Below, piece by piece: positions 1-13,430 of a stretch of DNA of 64,000 nucleotides. The notes beneath the pieces are model-generated. The model made no database searches and was not told the origin of the DNA. It saw nothing but the letters and a program-made list of their open reading frames with translations. The stretch comes from Octopus bimaculoides (lineage: Eukaryota), in NCBI RefSeq assembly GCF_001194135.2, contig NC_068982.1, positions 149,371,456 through 149,435,455 of the forward strand. Reading direction: 5' to 3'. Each line of letters opens with the position of its first letter. Position 1 is the stretch's first letter. The position numbers were made by a program, and so were the translations under genes.

Positions 1-244
1 TATTATTTTATTTAAAAGAGTTCCAACTATGTCTGTTTTTTATGTTTTTTATTTATATTCTTGTAAAATTTATGTGGGATATAGAATATGGAATATATAA
101 TATATAATATAAAAAAAGATGGATGGTACAATGAAATGAAGTATTGAATGTCTTATTGAATATATGGAATATGTCTTATTGAATATATGAAATATTGAGT
201 GTTATGTATATATGTGTGTGTGTGTGTGTGTATACATCTATGTA

Positions 245-987
245 CATGGTGCGATAGGTAAATTGTCTCCATTTTATATTTTTAATTTCACGTACGTACA
301 TTACTTGTTCTTAATTTTGTTGACTACACAGTATAGTAGGATCAATTGGACACTGTCTGTGAGATAAACATCACCATGATTCAATTCACTCTGCTAGAAA
401 TTTTGAAAGAATAAGCTCTACTGCTTGGCATTCAAGCCAGAAGCTTCAATACAAATATTTCAGAGTGTTTGGGTGTCAATCTGAGGACAGTGCAATGTGA
501 GGATATGTACCAAGAGTGATAAAAATCAAACATCCAGTCAACATCATGGTGTTTGGAGTGATCACTAGTGATATCGACGTTATGCCTCCATTCATCTTCT
601 CACAGGGCCTCAGACTCAACACAGAGGCCTATACCAAATGCCTGGAGGAGGTATATGCTGCTCTGGGTCAAGAGAATGGCTGCTGGAGGACTCTATGTCT
701 GGCAACAGGGCTCTACACCATGCCATACATGCAGGAGAACCCAGTCATGGCTGTCAGAGAAATTCTGCAACCACATCACCCCTAACATCTGGCCTGCTAA
801 CTCCCCAGACTGCAACTCCCTTGATTATTATGTGTAAGGTGCAGTTGAGCGAGGGACTAACAAAACTCCTTGTAACACCAAAGATGGAGGCCATGGTTGA
901 AGCCAATGGTGGCTTTATTGAATAAATTTACTCATGGTTTTTTTGGTATATTTTCATTTTTGTGTAATTTAGGCGACAGTTTATTTA
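245..987 (+). mobile_element. Tc1/mariner (maT/DD37D-like) transposon remnant, internally deleted and frameshifted
   Basis: A TA-preceded TIR (catggtgcgataggtaaattgtctcc) starts at 245, and its complement (ggcgacagtttat) begins near 972 and runs into the gap. Overlapping ORFs give IMVFGVITSD..MPPFIF, WQQGSTPCHT and IWPANSPDCNSLDYYV (Tc1-type WPxNSPDLNPLD motif). Confidence 0.85.
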
Positions 988-1729
988 NNNNNNNNNNNNN
1001 NNNNNNNNNNNNNNNNNNNNNNNNNNNNNNNNNNNNNNNNNNNNNNNNNNNNNNNNNNNNNNNNNNNNNNNNNNNNNNNNNNNNNNNNNNNNNNNNNNNN
1101 NNNNNNNNNNNNNNNNNNNNNNNNNNNNNNNNNNNNNNNNNNNNNNNNNNNNNNNNNNNNNNNNNNNNNNNNNNNNNNNNNNNNNNNNNNNNNNNNNNNN
1201 NNNNNNNNNNNNNNNNNNNNNNNNNNNNNNNNNNNNNNNNNNNNNNNNNNNNNNNNNNNNNNNNNNNNNNNNNNNNNNNNNNNNNNNNNNNNNNNNNNNN
1301 NNNNNNNNNNNNNNNNNNNNNNNNNNNNNNNNNNNNNNNNNNNNNNNNNNNNNNNNNNNNNNNNNNNNNNNNNNNNNNNNNNNNNNNNNNNNNNNNNNNN
1401 NNNNNNNNNNNNNNNNNNNNNNNNNNNNNNNNNNNNNNNNNNNNNNNNNNNNNNNNNNNNNNNNNNNNNNNNNNNNNNNNNNNNNNNNNNNNNNNNNNNN
1501 NNNNNNNNNNNNNNNNNNNNNNNNNNNNNNNNNNNNNNNNNNNNNNNNNNNNNNNNNNNNNNNNNNNNNNNNNNNNNNNNNNNNNNNNNNNNNNNNNNNN
1601 NNNNNNNNNNNNNNNNNNNNNNNNNNNNNNNNNNNNNNNNNNNNNNNNNNNNNNNNNNNNNNNNNNNNNNNNNNNAGAATTTGTGTATGAGAACGGTATG
1701 TATATATATATCTTATATGTACATATATA

Positions 1730-1789
<60 letters not shown>

Positions 1790-2696
1790 TGCATACATAT
1801 ACACATGTGTGTGTGTACACATATACATGTATCATCATCATCTTTGTTATTTTTATGTCTGTTTTCTGGCTTTCTGTGCTGATATAGGCTTTGACAGGAT
1901 CTAGTAGCATCTTGTTCTATTGTATATGTTTTAGCATAGTTTCTACGACTGGATGCCCTTCATAGTGTCAATCATCTCACAGAGGGTATTGAGTGTATTT
2001 TTATGAGCCCAGCATTATGTGTCGCAAGTATATAATTCTACTCTTATTTAATTACAGTAACAGAATAGTGCTGTAGTTAAAAGAGTGACGGAATGGATAG
2101 ATGAATGATAAAGAAATGATGTGGTGAGAAAGGCTTGAAAGGGACAAACTGGGCAAAAGTCTCAATTATATGTATAATACTATGCTTCTAGAAAGTCCAG
2201 GATGGAGTAACTGAAGATTTCTCAATAGTTCAGCACAGGTATTCTCTTTTTCACTGGTCTTCACCTTTATCTTAACATCTGCTGGGCAGCTAATTTCCAC
2301 AACTGTACACAGTTTCTCCTCTCTATCTCAGATCATTATATCAGGTCTATTGTGTTTACATTTAATTGAGCTTTTCACTGGGACATTCCACCAGTGGAAT
2401 GGCTTCCAGCATACTGTGGGTTGTTATTTCCTTGGGGTTATCCTTCCAACAGATCTCATTATAGAGTGTCTTAGTTACAACATCATGTCTCATTGGCAGA
2501 TAATACTGTGATGACATTTTCGGGTATGTATGTATGTATGTATGCATGTATGCATGTATGTATGTATGTTTGTATGTATGTATGTATGTATGTATGTATG
2601 TCGTTTTTCAGTTTTATTTCAAAATGTCTTACCAATAGAGAAGCAGTCAGTTTCTAACCTAGATCTAAGACTGTGTTTTCTTATGCGTGTACGTAC

Positions 2697-3238
2697 TCTC
2701 TTTACTCTCTTTTTTACTCTTTTACTTGTTTCAGTCATTTGACTGCAGCCATGCTGGAGCACCGCCTTTAGTTGAGTAAATCAGCCTCGGGACTTATTCT
2801 TTGTAAGCCCAGTACTTATTCTATCGGTCTCTTTTGCCAAACTGCTAAGTGACGGGGACATAAACACCAGCATCGGTTGTCAAGCAATGCTAGGGGGACA
2901 AACACACACACACACACATACATATATACATATATACGACGAGCTTCTTTCAGTTTCCGTCTACCAAATCCACCCACAAGGCTTTGGTCAGCCCGAGGCT
3001 ATAGTAGAAGACACTTGCCCAAGATGCCANNNNNNNNNNAGGGGGACAAACACACACATATACATATATACATATATACGACGAGCTTCTTTCAGTTTCC
3101 GTCTACCAAATCCACCCACAAGGCTTTGGTCAGCCCGAGGCTATAGTAGAAGACACTTGCCCAAGATGCCACGCAGTGGGACTGAACCTGGAACCATGTG
3201 GTTGGTAAGCAAGCTACTTACCACACAGCCACTCCTCC
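2697..3238 (-). mobile_element. tRNA-derived SINE family A (internal CA/TA microsatellite)
   Basis: The head ggaggagtggctgtgtggtaagtagcttgct..ggttccaggttcagtcccactgcg and the 3' end gctccagcatggctgcagtcaaatgactgaaacaagtaaaaga match many copies in the window. About 135 bp is duplicated across the 10-N gap. Confidence 0.9.
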
Positions 3239-3639
3239 GTACGTATGTATGTATGCATGAATGCATGTATGTATACATGTATCATTTAACATCCGTCTTC
3301 TTTGCTCAAGTATTTGCTTTAGTAAGGTTTCTGTTGCTGGACGCCCTTCCTAACACCAACCACTTTATATAGTGTTGTAGGTTACAGAGTGTCCGGGTGA
3401 CACTAGTGAGGCTGTTGAGTAACTTCCAAGATATAAATAGAGGCCCCCTTGATTGCGTGGAAGTGTTGTAGAAAGTGACTTTACACTAGATGTTGACGCT
3501 AAAGTATGATAGAGAGTGACAGAAATAGGGGTCACGCTGTAGGGGGCATACATAGCTACACAGCGTTACATAGGAGTGGGTAGGAGTAGCTGGAAAGAAG
3601 GTTGAAAAGGTAGTGTCAGTGAAATGGTAGGAAAGTAGA

Positions 3640-4582
3640 CAAGAGACAGACAGTCAGACAGGCAAGCAGGCATGTAGGTAGATAGGTAGATAAACAGGCA
3701 GACAGACAGGTAGGCAAACAGGCAGACAGATAGATCAATAGGCAGACAGACAAACAGACAAGATAGGCAGAAAGACAGATAAGCAGATAGACAGACAATC
3801 AGACAGACAGACAGACAATCAGACAGACAGANNNNNNNNNNNNNNNNNNNNNNNNNNNNNNNNNNNNNNNNNNNNNNNNNNNNNNNNNNNNNNNNNNNNN
3901 NNNNNNNNNNNNNNNNNNNNNNNNNNNNNNNNNNNNNNNNNNNNNNNNNNNNNNNNNNNNNNNNNNNNNNNNNNNNNNNNNNNNNNNNNNNNNNNNNNNN
4001 NNNNNNNNNNNNNNNNNNNNNNNNNNNNNNNNNNNNNNNNNNNNNNNNNNNNNNNNNNNNNNNNNNNNNNNNNNNNNNNNNNNNNNNNNNNNNNNNNNNN
4101 NNNNNNNNNNNNNNNNNNNNNNNNNNNNNNNNNNNNNNNNNNNNNNNNNNNNNNNNNNNNNNNNNNNNNNNNNNNNNNNNNNNNNNNNNNNNNNNNNNNN
4201 NNNNNNNNNNNNNNNNNNNNNNNNNNNNNNNNNNNNACAATCAGACAGACAGACAGTCAATCAGACAGACAGACAATCAAACAGACAGACAGGCAGAAAG
4301 ACAGATAAGCAGATAGACAGACAATCAGACAGACAGACAGACAGACAAGCCAACAGACAGACAGACCAACAGACAGACAGGCCAAAACACAGACAGACAG
4401 GCCAACAGACAGACAGACAGGCCAACAGACAGACAGATAGGCAAGCTAACAGACAGTCAGATAGATTGTCTGGGTAGATAAACAGACAGCAGGCAGATCA
4501 ATGGCTGGACAGACAGACAGACAGACAGGCAGGCAGGCAGACAGACAAATAGACAGACAGGCAAGCAGGCAGACAGACAGGC

Positions 4583-4630
<48 letters not shown>
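3640..4630. repeat. Degenerate (CAGA)n/(GATA)n tetranucleotide array spanning a gap
   Basis: Directly visible. The array flanks the N gap at 3832-4237. Confidence 0.95.
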
Positions 4631-4635
<5 letters not shown>

Positions 4636-5926
4636 TGCATATACATAAATATGCATGTGTGTGTATAAATAGATAGGTTGGCAAGCAGAATAGATAGATG
4701 TGCATATTCAGTAAGAAAATTAAATAAGTTATTCTAGGCTATCTTTTTATAAGATTGCTATTGTATTAATAAAGCTACATGCAGACATGTCTATATGCAC
4801 TTGGTTTTGAAAATAGTACAACTGAGAACATTAGATCAATGTGAAATACTTACTTGCAGAAGTGTCAATTGAGTAACTTTAGTGTTACTGCTGCAACTAT
4901 AATTTCCCCAGAATTATAGCAAACTGCGCACTTGCTGTGACTGCAAATATTCTGCAATTCTGCAACAGCAATAGAAAAGGAATCAGCCAGTATTTGTATG
5001 CAGACACTTTAATAAAATATATACATATGTATATATATAGGTATATATATTTAGGTAAATATGCAAGTGTGTTTGTATGAGCAACTATATATACATATGC
5101 ATGCATGTGTGTGTGTGTCTTTCTCTCTCTGTATACATATAAATATAAATATAAGTATGTACATACATACATACATATATANNNNNNNNNNNNNNNNNNN
5201 NNNNNNNNNNNNNNNNNNNNNNNNNNNNNNNNNNNNNNNNNNNNNNNNNNNNNNNNNNNNNNNNNNNNNNNNNNNNNNNNNNNNNNNNNNNNNNNNNNNN
5301 NNNNNNNNNNNNNNNNNNNNNNNNNNNNNNNNNNNNNNNNNNNNNNNNNNNNNNNNNNNNNNNNNNNNNNNNNNNNNNNNNNNNNNNNNNNNNNNNNNNN
5401 NNNNNNNNNNNNNNNNNNNNNNNNNNNNNNNNNNNNNNNNNNNNNNNNNNNNNNNNNNNNNNNNNNNNNNNNNNNNNNNNNNNNNNNNNNNNNNNNNNNN
5501 NNNNNNNNNNNNNNNNNNNNNNNNNNNNNNNNNNNNNNNNNNNNNNNNNNNNNNNNNNNNNNNNNNNNNNNNNNNNNNNNNNNNNNNNNNNNNNNNNNNN
5601 NNNNNNNNNNNNNNNNNNNNNNNNNNNNNNNNNNNNNNNNNNNNNNNNNNNNNNNNNNNNNNNNNNNNNNNNNNNNNNNNNNNNNNNNNNNNNNNNNNNN
5701 NNNNNNNNNNNNNNNNNNNNNNNNNNNNNNNNNNNNNNNNNNNNNNNNNNNNNNNNNNNNNNNNNNNNNNNNNNNNNNNNNNNNNNNNNNNNNNNNNNNN
5801 NNNNNNNNNNNNNNNNNNNNNNNNNNNNNNNNNNNNNNNNNNNNNNNNNNNNNNNNNNNNNNNNNNNNNNNNNNNNNNNNNNNNNNNNNNNNNNNNNNNN
5901 NNNNNNNNNNNNNNNNNNNNNNNNNN

Positions 5927-5973
<47 letters not shown>

Positions 5974-5999
5974 ACTCTTACCAGCTTTACAGCAAATCC

Positions 6000-6180
6000 A
6001 ACCCAGGAACATAACTCCTAATGTAATCCCCTGCCCTTTTGTTTCACCATCTTTTTCACAGCAACCACAAACCTGATGTGTCGATTCACCGCTGACAATA
6101 GAGAGCAGTTGCCATATTCCCTTCCATGTTAGCCATCTCTGATGAGTGTAAGGTTATATAATTGGATTGTTACATAACAC
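6000..6180 (+). mobile_element. Penelope-like 3' terminal (pLTR-like) fragment with the 5' half of a hammerhead
   Basis: catctttttcacagcaacc..gagagcagttgccatatt..gccatctCTGATGAgtg aligns by eye with the minus-strand sequence at 9300-9430 that follows a GIY-YIG fragment. The GAAA half is missing. Confidence 0.45.
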
Positions 6181-6215
6181 TCCATTGTATTCCTAGCACA
6201 AAACTGATGGGTAAA

Positions 6216-6448
6216 CAGAGTGGCCCAAGAGTAGGTTTACAGTTATCACATAGGCACTTTAAATTTCTTCTGAAACATTTTATTACATTTAAATTTCTAT
6301 TTTACAAATGGAAATGGGAGCCTGACAAAATTAAGAAAATTAGCATAGAATAATGGTTTTATAAATTTTTATAATTAAGATCTAAATGTTAATATAGGAA
6401 TGTGAAAGAGATAGTTGAATAACTGTAAACCTACTTCTGGGCCACCCA

Positions 6449-6449
<1 letters not shown>
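6216..6449. mobile_element. Tc1/mariner-type MITE, about 234 bp
   Basis: About 31-bp imperfect TIRs (cagagtggcccaagagtaggtttacagttat / ataactgtaaacctacttctgggccacccag), with TA at the right end. Confidence 0.8.
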
Positions 6450-6533
<84 letters not shown>

Positions 6534-6758
6534 AAAAGGTTGAATTAGATTTGTCCTTTAATATGGAGGTTTCCAAACAAGATTTCTAATATAGATTCTT
6601 CATATTTTGCTAGTAGTTTACAGGCGTAAATTTGCAAATATGAAAATGATACTTGTAAATGGTGTGTTGTGAATTTATGGAAAGAAATCCCATAAAACTC
6701 AACAATTTTGTTAAAAATAAAGAAGGGATGTTAAAATATATAAGAGAATTTTAATTCA

Positions 6759-6865
6759 TGCAGACAACTGTTTCGTACAGAGATTTAAAAATTATGCACA
6801 TTCGTGGTTGAATTGAATTAATAAATTAATTAAATTAATTATATATCACTGTACTCTTCAGTGCA
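6759..6865 (-). ncRNA. Type-I hammerhead ribozyme with an extended stem II
   Basis: The minus strand reads tgca-CTGAAGA-gtacagtgat..(AT-rich loop)..atctctgtac-GAAAC-agtt-GTC-tgca. Stems I, II and III and all core nucleotides are present. Confidence 0.7.
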
Positions 6866-7069
6866 AGAAGTTCCCTCTACATATGAGTAAGGAGATTAGA
6901 TGGAACATCTCTGAAACCTCTCTTACTTATATTTTCAAATAACCGTTTAGTTATAGTTAATACCTAACTGGACTCACATCTCTTTTTCTCATAAGGATTA
7001 ATATGAATCTCCTAGATTCTATTCTATTTCCTTTCTCAAGTCCTTGGAAAAAATTTTGTTTATACTTCT

Positions 7070-7168
7070 TGCACTGAAGAGTACATTGGTATATAATTAA
7101 TTTAATTAATTCAATTCAACCATGAATTTGCATGATTTTTATATCACTGTACAAAACAATCGTCTGCA
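7070..7168 (+). ncRNA. Hammerhead copy with a G12A core mutation (probably inactive)
   Basis: tgca-CTGAAGA-gtaca..tgtac-AAAAC-aatc-GTC-tgca. Confidence 0.6.
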
Positions 7169-7278
7169 TGAATTAAAATTCTCTTAAATATTCTAACTTC
7201 TTCTCTTCTTCATTTTTAACAAAATTGTTGAGTTTTATAGGATTTCTTTCCATAAATTCACAACACATCATATACAAG

Positions 7279-7316
<38 letters not shown>

Positions 7317-7360
7317 TATATATATATATTTATATATATATATATATATATACACATATG

Positions 7361-7451
7361 CATTCTGACGAGTGGATGTATTACCTAATAATGATTATTA
7401 ATTTTAGATTTCATTTCAAAGGGCAATACATTCATGAAACAATCGTGAGAT
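7361..7451 (+). ncRNA. Solo degenerate type-I hammerhead
   Basis: CTGACGA at 7365, an 11-bp stem II (gtggatgtatt/aatacattcat), GAAAC at 7436, then aatc-GTG. G at position 17 and a weak stem I suggest decay. Confidence 0.55.
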
Positions 7452-7879
7452 ATTTCAAACTTTTTAAATAATTATATTTTATATATTTATANNNNNNNNN
7501 NNNNNNNNNNNNNNNNNNNNNNNNNNNNNNNNNNNNNNNNNNNNNNNNNNNNNNNNNNNNNNNNNNNNNNNNNNNNNNNNNNNNNNNNNNNNNNNNNNNN
7601 NNNNNNNNNNNNNNNNNNNNNNNNNNNNNNNNNNNNNNNNNNNNNNNNNNNNNNNNNNNNNNNNNNNNNNNNNNNNNNNNNNNNNNNNNNTATATATAAA
7701 TTGACCAGATAAGAGATTTGAATTGAAAAACTTAGATATCTGTTCCTTTAGTTGACTGCCTTTTTCCCTATTTGTTTTAGTTATATAAGTGTTGCTACAT
7801 CATCTGTCACACATATATGAATGAATATACATATGAATACATACATACATACATATACATGTATGTGTGTGTGTGTGTA

Positions 7880-8378
<499 letters not shown>

Positions 8379-9100
8379 ATATGTATCTATGGTCATCATC
8401 ATCATCTTATTTTTTCCTGTCCATGTTCCATATTGACATGAGCTGGACGGCTTGACAAGGACCCAATGTGTCCAAGAGTTCAAATATGTCCAATTGTCAT
8501 GATTTCTACCAACCACTTTACCATGTGTACTATGAACATTTTTTATACCACAGGTACAATTGAGGTCACTATGTAACTCACAAGAATACAAACCTGAGAA
8601 GAGGGTTCTGCATTGTTATGTGAGATGGAGATCAAGGAAAGAGAATGTGGTGGAGCAGGTTCTTTTTGTAGAGCAGCCACATGGTTACTCATGTTTAGGA
8701 GAGGAAATGAGAATATACTGGTGGTACCTCCAAAGAGATAGCTAGTGGTGATGAGGTATCTATGTAGTACCCTGAATGTATGAAGTGAGTTGTAGTGGTC
8801 AGGGATTTACAAGGGTGTATGGGGGAAAGAGATAACGGATCTGGGAGAGATGGGGGTTGGCGACATCTGTAAAGACTGGGAAAGGTTGAGAGGAGGGGAT
8901 GCAGGATTTGGGGAGATTAGAAGGATGCTAAGAGAGAAAGAGAGAGAGAGAAAATAGCAAACTGCTAACAGACAAATATAAAGATTGCATGTCAAAATAT
9001 TTATGTATGTGTATGTGAAGAGAGGAGGAAAGAGAGGGACAGATAGACAGACAGAAAATGATAGATAGATGCAGCATATATACATATATGTATATATGTG

Positions 9101-9138
<38 letters not shown>

Positions 9139-9254
9139 TGTGTCTGTACGCACATGCACACACACACACACATATATACACTCATGTATATTGGTATAGA
9201 TACATATACATAAAAACTCATCTAAGTCAAAAAAATTAAGCAACCATATATTTG

Positions 9255-9950
9255 TCAATTGGTTTTGCACAGGATATTAGATAATCAGATGATTATCTAA
9301 AACTGCGTTTATTAGAGTGGCTGGTATGGAAAAAATATATGGCAATGGCTCTCTTTTATTGGAGGCGGGAAATCATCACATTTGATTCATGGGTACTGTG
9401 AAAAAGATGAAAAAAAGCAATGTGAGATGAATATGTGAGTGAAGTCTATCAACAGTTATATCCCTTGCTCAAAAGCCTTGAGTGAGTGGTAATCATCAAT
9501 ATAGTGGAGTTTTGGATGCAGATGGTATGAGATTGATATGTCTGCAGGAGAGTTTGGGAGAAAGTGGAAGGAATAGGACCCCAAATATTTAAAGTTATGT
9601 GTGGATCCATATGTGTTTTATGTTTGTGTGTATGTGGTTGAGTGTGGGCTATATTTTGCTGGACTCTCAAGCTATGGTTGTGAGAGGATTGACTGTGGTA
9701 GTCCTAACATTTATCATCATAGTGGAGCCCATAGATAACCAACTACTTGCATTTTTCATATTGGCACAAGCAGAAAAGTTTTGTTCTTGCAGTTGAGGTA
9801 GATATCCAAGTAAAAGAGTTTTTAACATAATTCTTTTCTTGATCAGGCATAGCCTGCACTTCCTACTACTGTTTAAGTAAGGTTTGTACCTCTCCAGCAT
9901 TCTCCACTTGGTTTTGTAATCCATGACACTTTCCTTCAGCAACCATTCAT
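9255..9950 (-). mobile_element. Penelope-like element 3' fragment (GIY-YIG C-terminus plus pLTR-like tail)
   Basis: The ORF LKESVMDYKTKWRMLERYKPYLNSSRKCRLCLIKK fits the PLE endonuclease CxLC end. It is followed by a decayed hammerhead at 9257-9318. Confidence 0.7.
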
Positions 9951-11423
9951 GCCTAACTAGGGCTTTAACATTATGTCACCCTTGGATATAAGAGGAGGAC
10001 TTATGCTTGACTGCCTGCTAGGGTCCTTTGACATCACCTCTGCCTTATATATGATGGTCAGATCGATCAAATAGTGGACTATGCTATCCACAATAAATTT
10101 TAGAAGAGGAACAAGCCATTTATATCATCCATGGTACATAACAAATATTATTTTATTGACTTGAGGAGACTGAAATGTAAAAGCCAGCACTGAACATAAA
10201 GCGATGTAAATAAATGCTGTGTCACAGTTTGTTAAGAGAGAATCTTTACATTGTTGTTTGACCTCCTAAAAAACATCTTCCTCAAATTATATCCAACCAT
10301 CTTAAAAGAATAGTGTTATTGGATTATATGGCCCTAGATATACAAGAAAGGCAAGATGTAGTCATTCATTCAGTATCGTCATCATTCATTCAGTACCATT
10401 GACATCTTCCATTTGCATGCTTGTCAATTAATAATCCTCAAGGCATCACTCTGCAGTCAAAATAACTTATTTTCAGTAGAGCGAAATGGAGCAGCAGGAA
10501 ATAGTGTTTTTGTCCAAGAACACCATTTGTCCCTTGGTGCAAAAATCAAACACACAAGCTTGCAACTGCTTGACTCCAGCTGCTTGACCACCAGGTCACT
10601 GCCTGCATCCTTTAATCATAGGTTTACTCAATCAAGGCTTTGATCTGAAGGCTGACCAGGGATAAACAGCAATAACAACATGGCAGAATAACCTTGCAAC
10701 CATTATAAAGGGAGTATATCTTCATATACTTTGAGGGTTTTGAAACATTTGAAGAATACAGTGGTTTACATGTGAGTACAGATTTTCAAAAAGTCAGGCT
10801 ATTATACTGAAACAAGTATTGACTTGAATAAGTTAACTATTTTGTAGTTAAAATATACAAATTAAGATTTTATTTAATGTACTGGCCATTACTATTACAT
10901 ATAACAATCTGTCTAACAATGTTTCTGTCAATGAGTAGTAGCAATTTTCAGAAGAATAGCTTTATATAATTACTCTAAGTCTATTATCTTGGTTTCAATC
11001 AGTTATTCTTTGCTACTATACTGCTGATAGAATCAACCAGAATGGGTGTGAAATATAAAAAAAAAGAAATCAAGTTTCTAAAAATGTCAAGTAAATGAAT
11101 GGATGTGATGAAGTATATAAAACAAACATCATTTGGATCTCATTATTTACAAATTATTATGCAGTATAAAAATATTTTACTGCTATCAGATGAACTAGAC
11201 TTGAAACACGGAAAGTAAAAACCACTCTAAATCAGAGGTCATTTTTTAAGCTTAATATGAAATTGTTTTAAAAACACGCTAGTCAAGCGGATATAGTATT
11301 TGACTAGTGATGCACAGGGTTTGAGTTTAAATCTACTGAAGGCATTTCCTTGAGTAATTCAGCACTACACTAAATCTAAGCGCAGGAAAAATAGCAGATA
11401 ATTGTGAATATTATATATATATA

Positions 11424-11878
11424 GGCACAGGCATGTCTGTGTGGTAAGAAGCTTGCTTTCCAACCACTGCATTGCATCTTGGGCAAGTGTCTCCTACAAT
11501 AGCTCCAGGCTGACAAAAGCCATTTGAGTAGATTTGGTGAACAGAAAATGAAAGAAACCTGTTGTGTTTGTGCATGCATGCATGCGTTTGTGTGTGTATG
11601 TGTGTGTGTATGTGTGTGTGTGTGCGTGGATGCATGTGTGCATGTGTGTATGTGTGTATTTGTTTGTGTTTCTATCTATGTGTTTTTGTCTATGACATTG
11701 TGTTCGTCCCTCTTCATTGCTTGCCAACGGGTGTCAGTTTGCTTATGCTCTGTAACTTAGCAGTTTGGTAAAAGAGAACAACAGAACAATAAAGATATGT
11801 ACAGGAGTTGATTTGTTCAACTAAATCCTTCAAGGTGGTGCCATGGAACTGAAACAGAATGAAAGATAGAAGATAAGA
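11424..11878 (+). mobile_element. SINE family A
   Basis: Same head, body and tail motifs as the other copies, with an internal TG microsatellite. Confidence 0.85.
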
Positions 11879-11942
11879 TCTAGCAAGTGTTTAAGTTCTC
11901 TTTCCTTTTACACCTTGAAACTCAAAGTATTATATTTCTTAG

Positions 11943-12058
11943 TCAGGGCAGGAACATCTACACCCGAGTTTGCTGAGCCTCAGACACAGATGGAGAAAAG
12001 TGAGGAAGATGAAATAATAGCTGATAAGTCGCTGAAGGAGGAAAGTAGAACATCATAA
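11943..12058 (+). CDS. Possible terminal coding exon (unverified)
   Basis: An acceptor-like tattatatttcttag| is followed by the open frame RAGTSTPEFAEPQTQMEKSEEDEIIADKSLKEESRTS*. It does not resemble the repeats seen elsewhere in the window, and I recognise no homology. Confidence 0.2.
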
Positions 12059-13249
12059 CTAGTTTTCTTAAGACTGGGGACCTGGTCTGCATGCATGCGA
12101 CTGAGTGAATTTCACAAAAGGCAATCAAGTGCCAGAAGGTAGTGTTAAACCAACTGAATGATTAAGTTTCATCAGATTTGTTGGAAACAATTACAATTTT
12201 TTATTTATCAAATTCTTACAATAATATTTAATATTGTGCATATTTTACATATTTCTATCAAAAATTCCCAGTAGGATTAACCACAATTCTTTCTATGTTG
12301 TTTTCTGTGGTTGCTTTAGATTTATACATGACACCCACATAAATATATATGCAATTGCACATATTTACTAAAATTTATTCACTATTTTTATTTTTTATTT
12401 TATCTCACTCTTTGTTTTTTGTTTCTCTCCAGTTCATTGTTGATTTCGTATGCATCTCTAGAACTCTCTTTCTCTCTCTCTCTCTCTCTTTCTGATTCCC
12501 TCTGTCTCCCTCTCATCCTTTCTCTTTCTTCTATTGTTTTTCTTTCCCTCTTGATCCATAAATATAAGCTGATGTTTACAAAGTTCCATCAAAGATTAAG
12601 GATTAAAAGATTCCCCTTTCGATAAAGCTCTAGTCGCATTGCCTTTAGAGATTAAAGACTTAAGAAGCTAGCTATCACATTGTTGCTTGCTGATCAATAC
12701 TGCAGTATTATATCTGTATCAGTAAACAAATCACACACACATAAATATGCTCTTTCACGTACAAATAATTACACACTTACACATATGTACACATATTGTT
12801 GTAGTAAACTATATTATATTATGCATTCATCAAGAAACCTCACACTCTGTTCTCTTCTTTTCAGTCAAACCAATTAACTATCTTTTATTATCTTTTGGAC
12901 AGAACATTTACAGAACCAGTTTAGCTAGTTCTGTAAATGTTTGTTTCAGCAAACACATACACATACATTTATGAACTCTGTGTGTGTGTGTATCAATGCA
13001 CACACACACACACACACACACATTAACATACATGTGAAGGGATGGCATGATTGTGTCATTAAGAAGTTCGCTTTCTAACTATATGGTGTCAGGTTCAATC
13101 TAGGTGTATGCAGCATTGGATTAGCCATTAAGCGAAATAAGCACATGCTTAGTGTATTGAGGAAAACAGGGCACCACAGAAATGGTAAATGGTTTATGGC
13201 ACAAAAGAAATCACTTTAAACTTGCTAAGATAATATTCAGAGTGGTTTA

Positions 13250-13430
13250 TCTCTTTAATATTCAGATTATTCTGTCAAATATAATGTGCATTTATTTATA
13301 CTGTTTTGAATTAATCATGCATTATCTTGTAGTTTAGAGATTTTGACGAATGTGATTGTTTGGTTTTAGAATGACATTGTAGGATTGAGGTGAGAGGCTG
13401 GATTTGGTATTTCACATGTTGCCTATGCAA
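13250..13430. mobile_element. Degenerate copy of the piggyBac-like MITE at 27665
   Basis: It shares attcagattattctgtcaaa..ttgaattaatcatgcattatc..agaatgacattgtagg..gtgagaggc with the 27665 copy. Confidence 0.6.

Larger units (their letters stand above)
6650..7280. mobile_element. Inverted-repeat cassette 1 (about 220-bp arms, 192-bp spacer) carrying two divergent hammerhead motifs
   Basis: 6650-6871 is an imperfect reverse complement of 7064-7280, for example gtgttgtgaatttatggaaagaaatcc / ggatttctttccataaattcacaacac. Confidence 0.9.

Noticed and set aside
2892-3169. Apparent 135-bp tandem duplication inside SINE A
   Set aside because: It straddles a 10-N gap and differs only in microsatellite length, so it is most likely an unmerged contig overlap. 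The same pattern occurs at 54630-54715 and 59870-60003.
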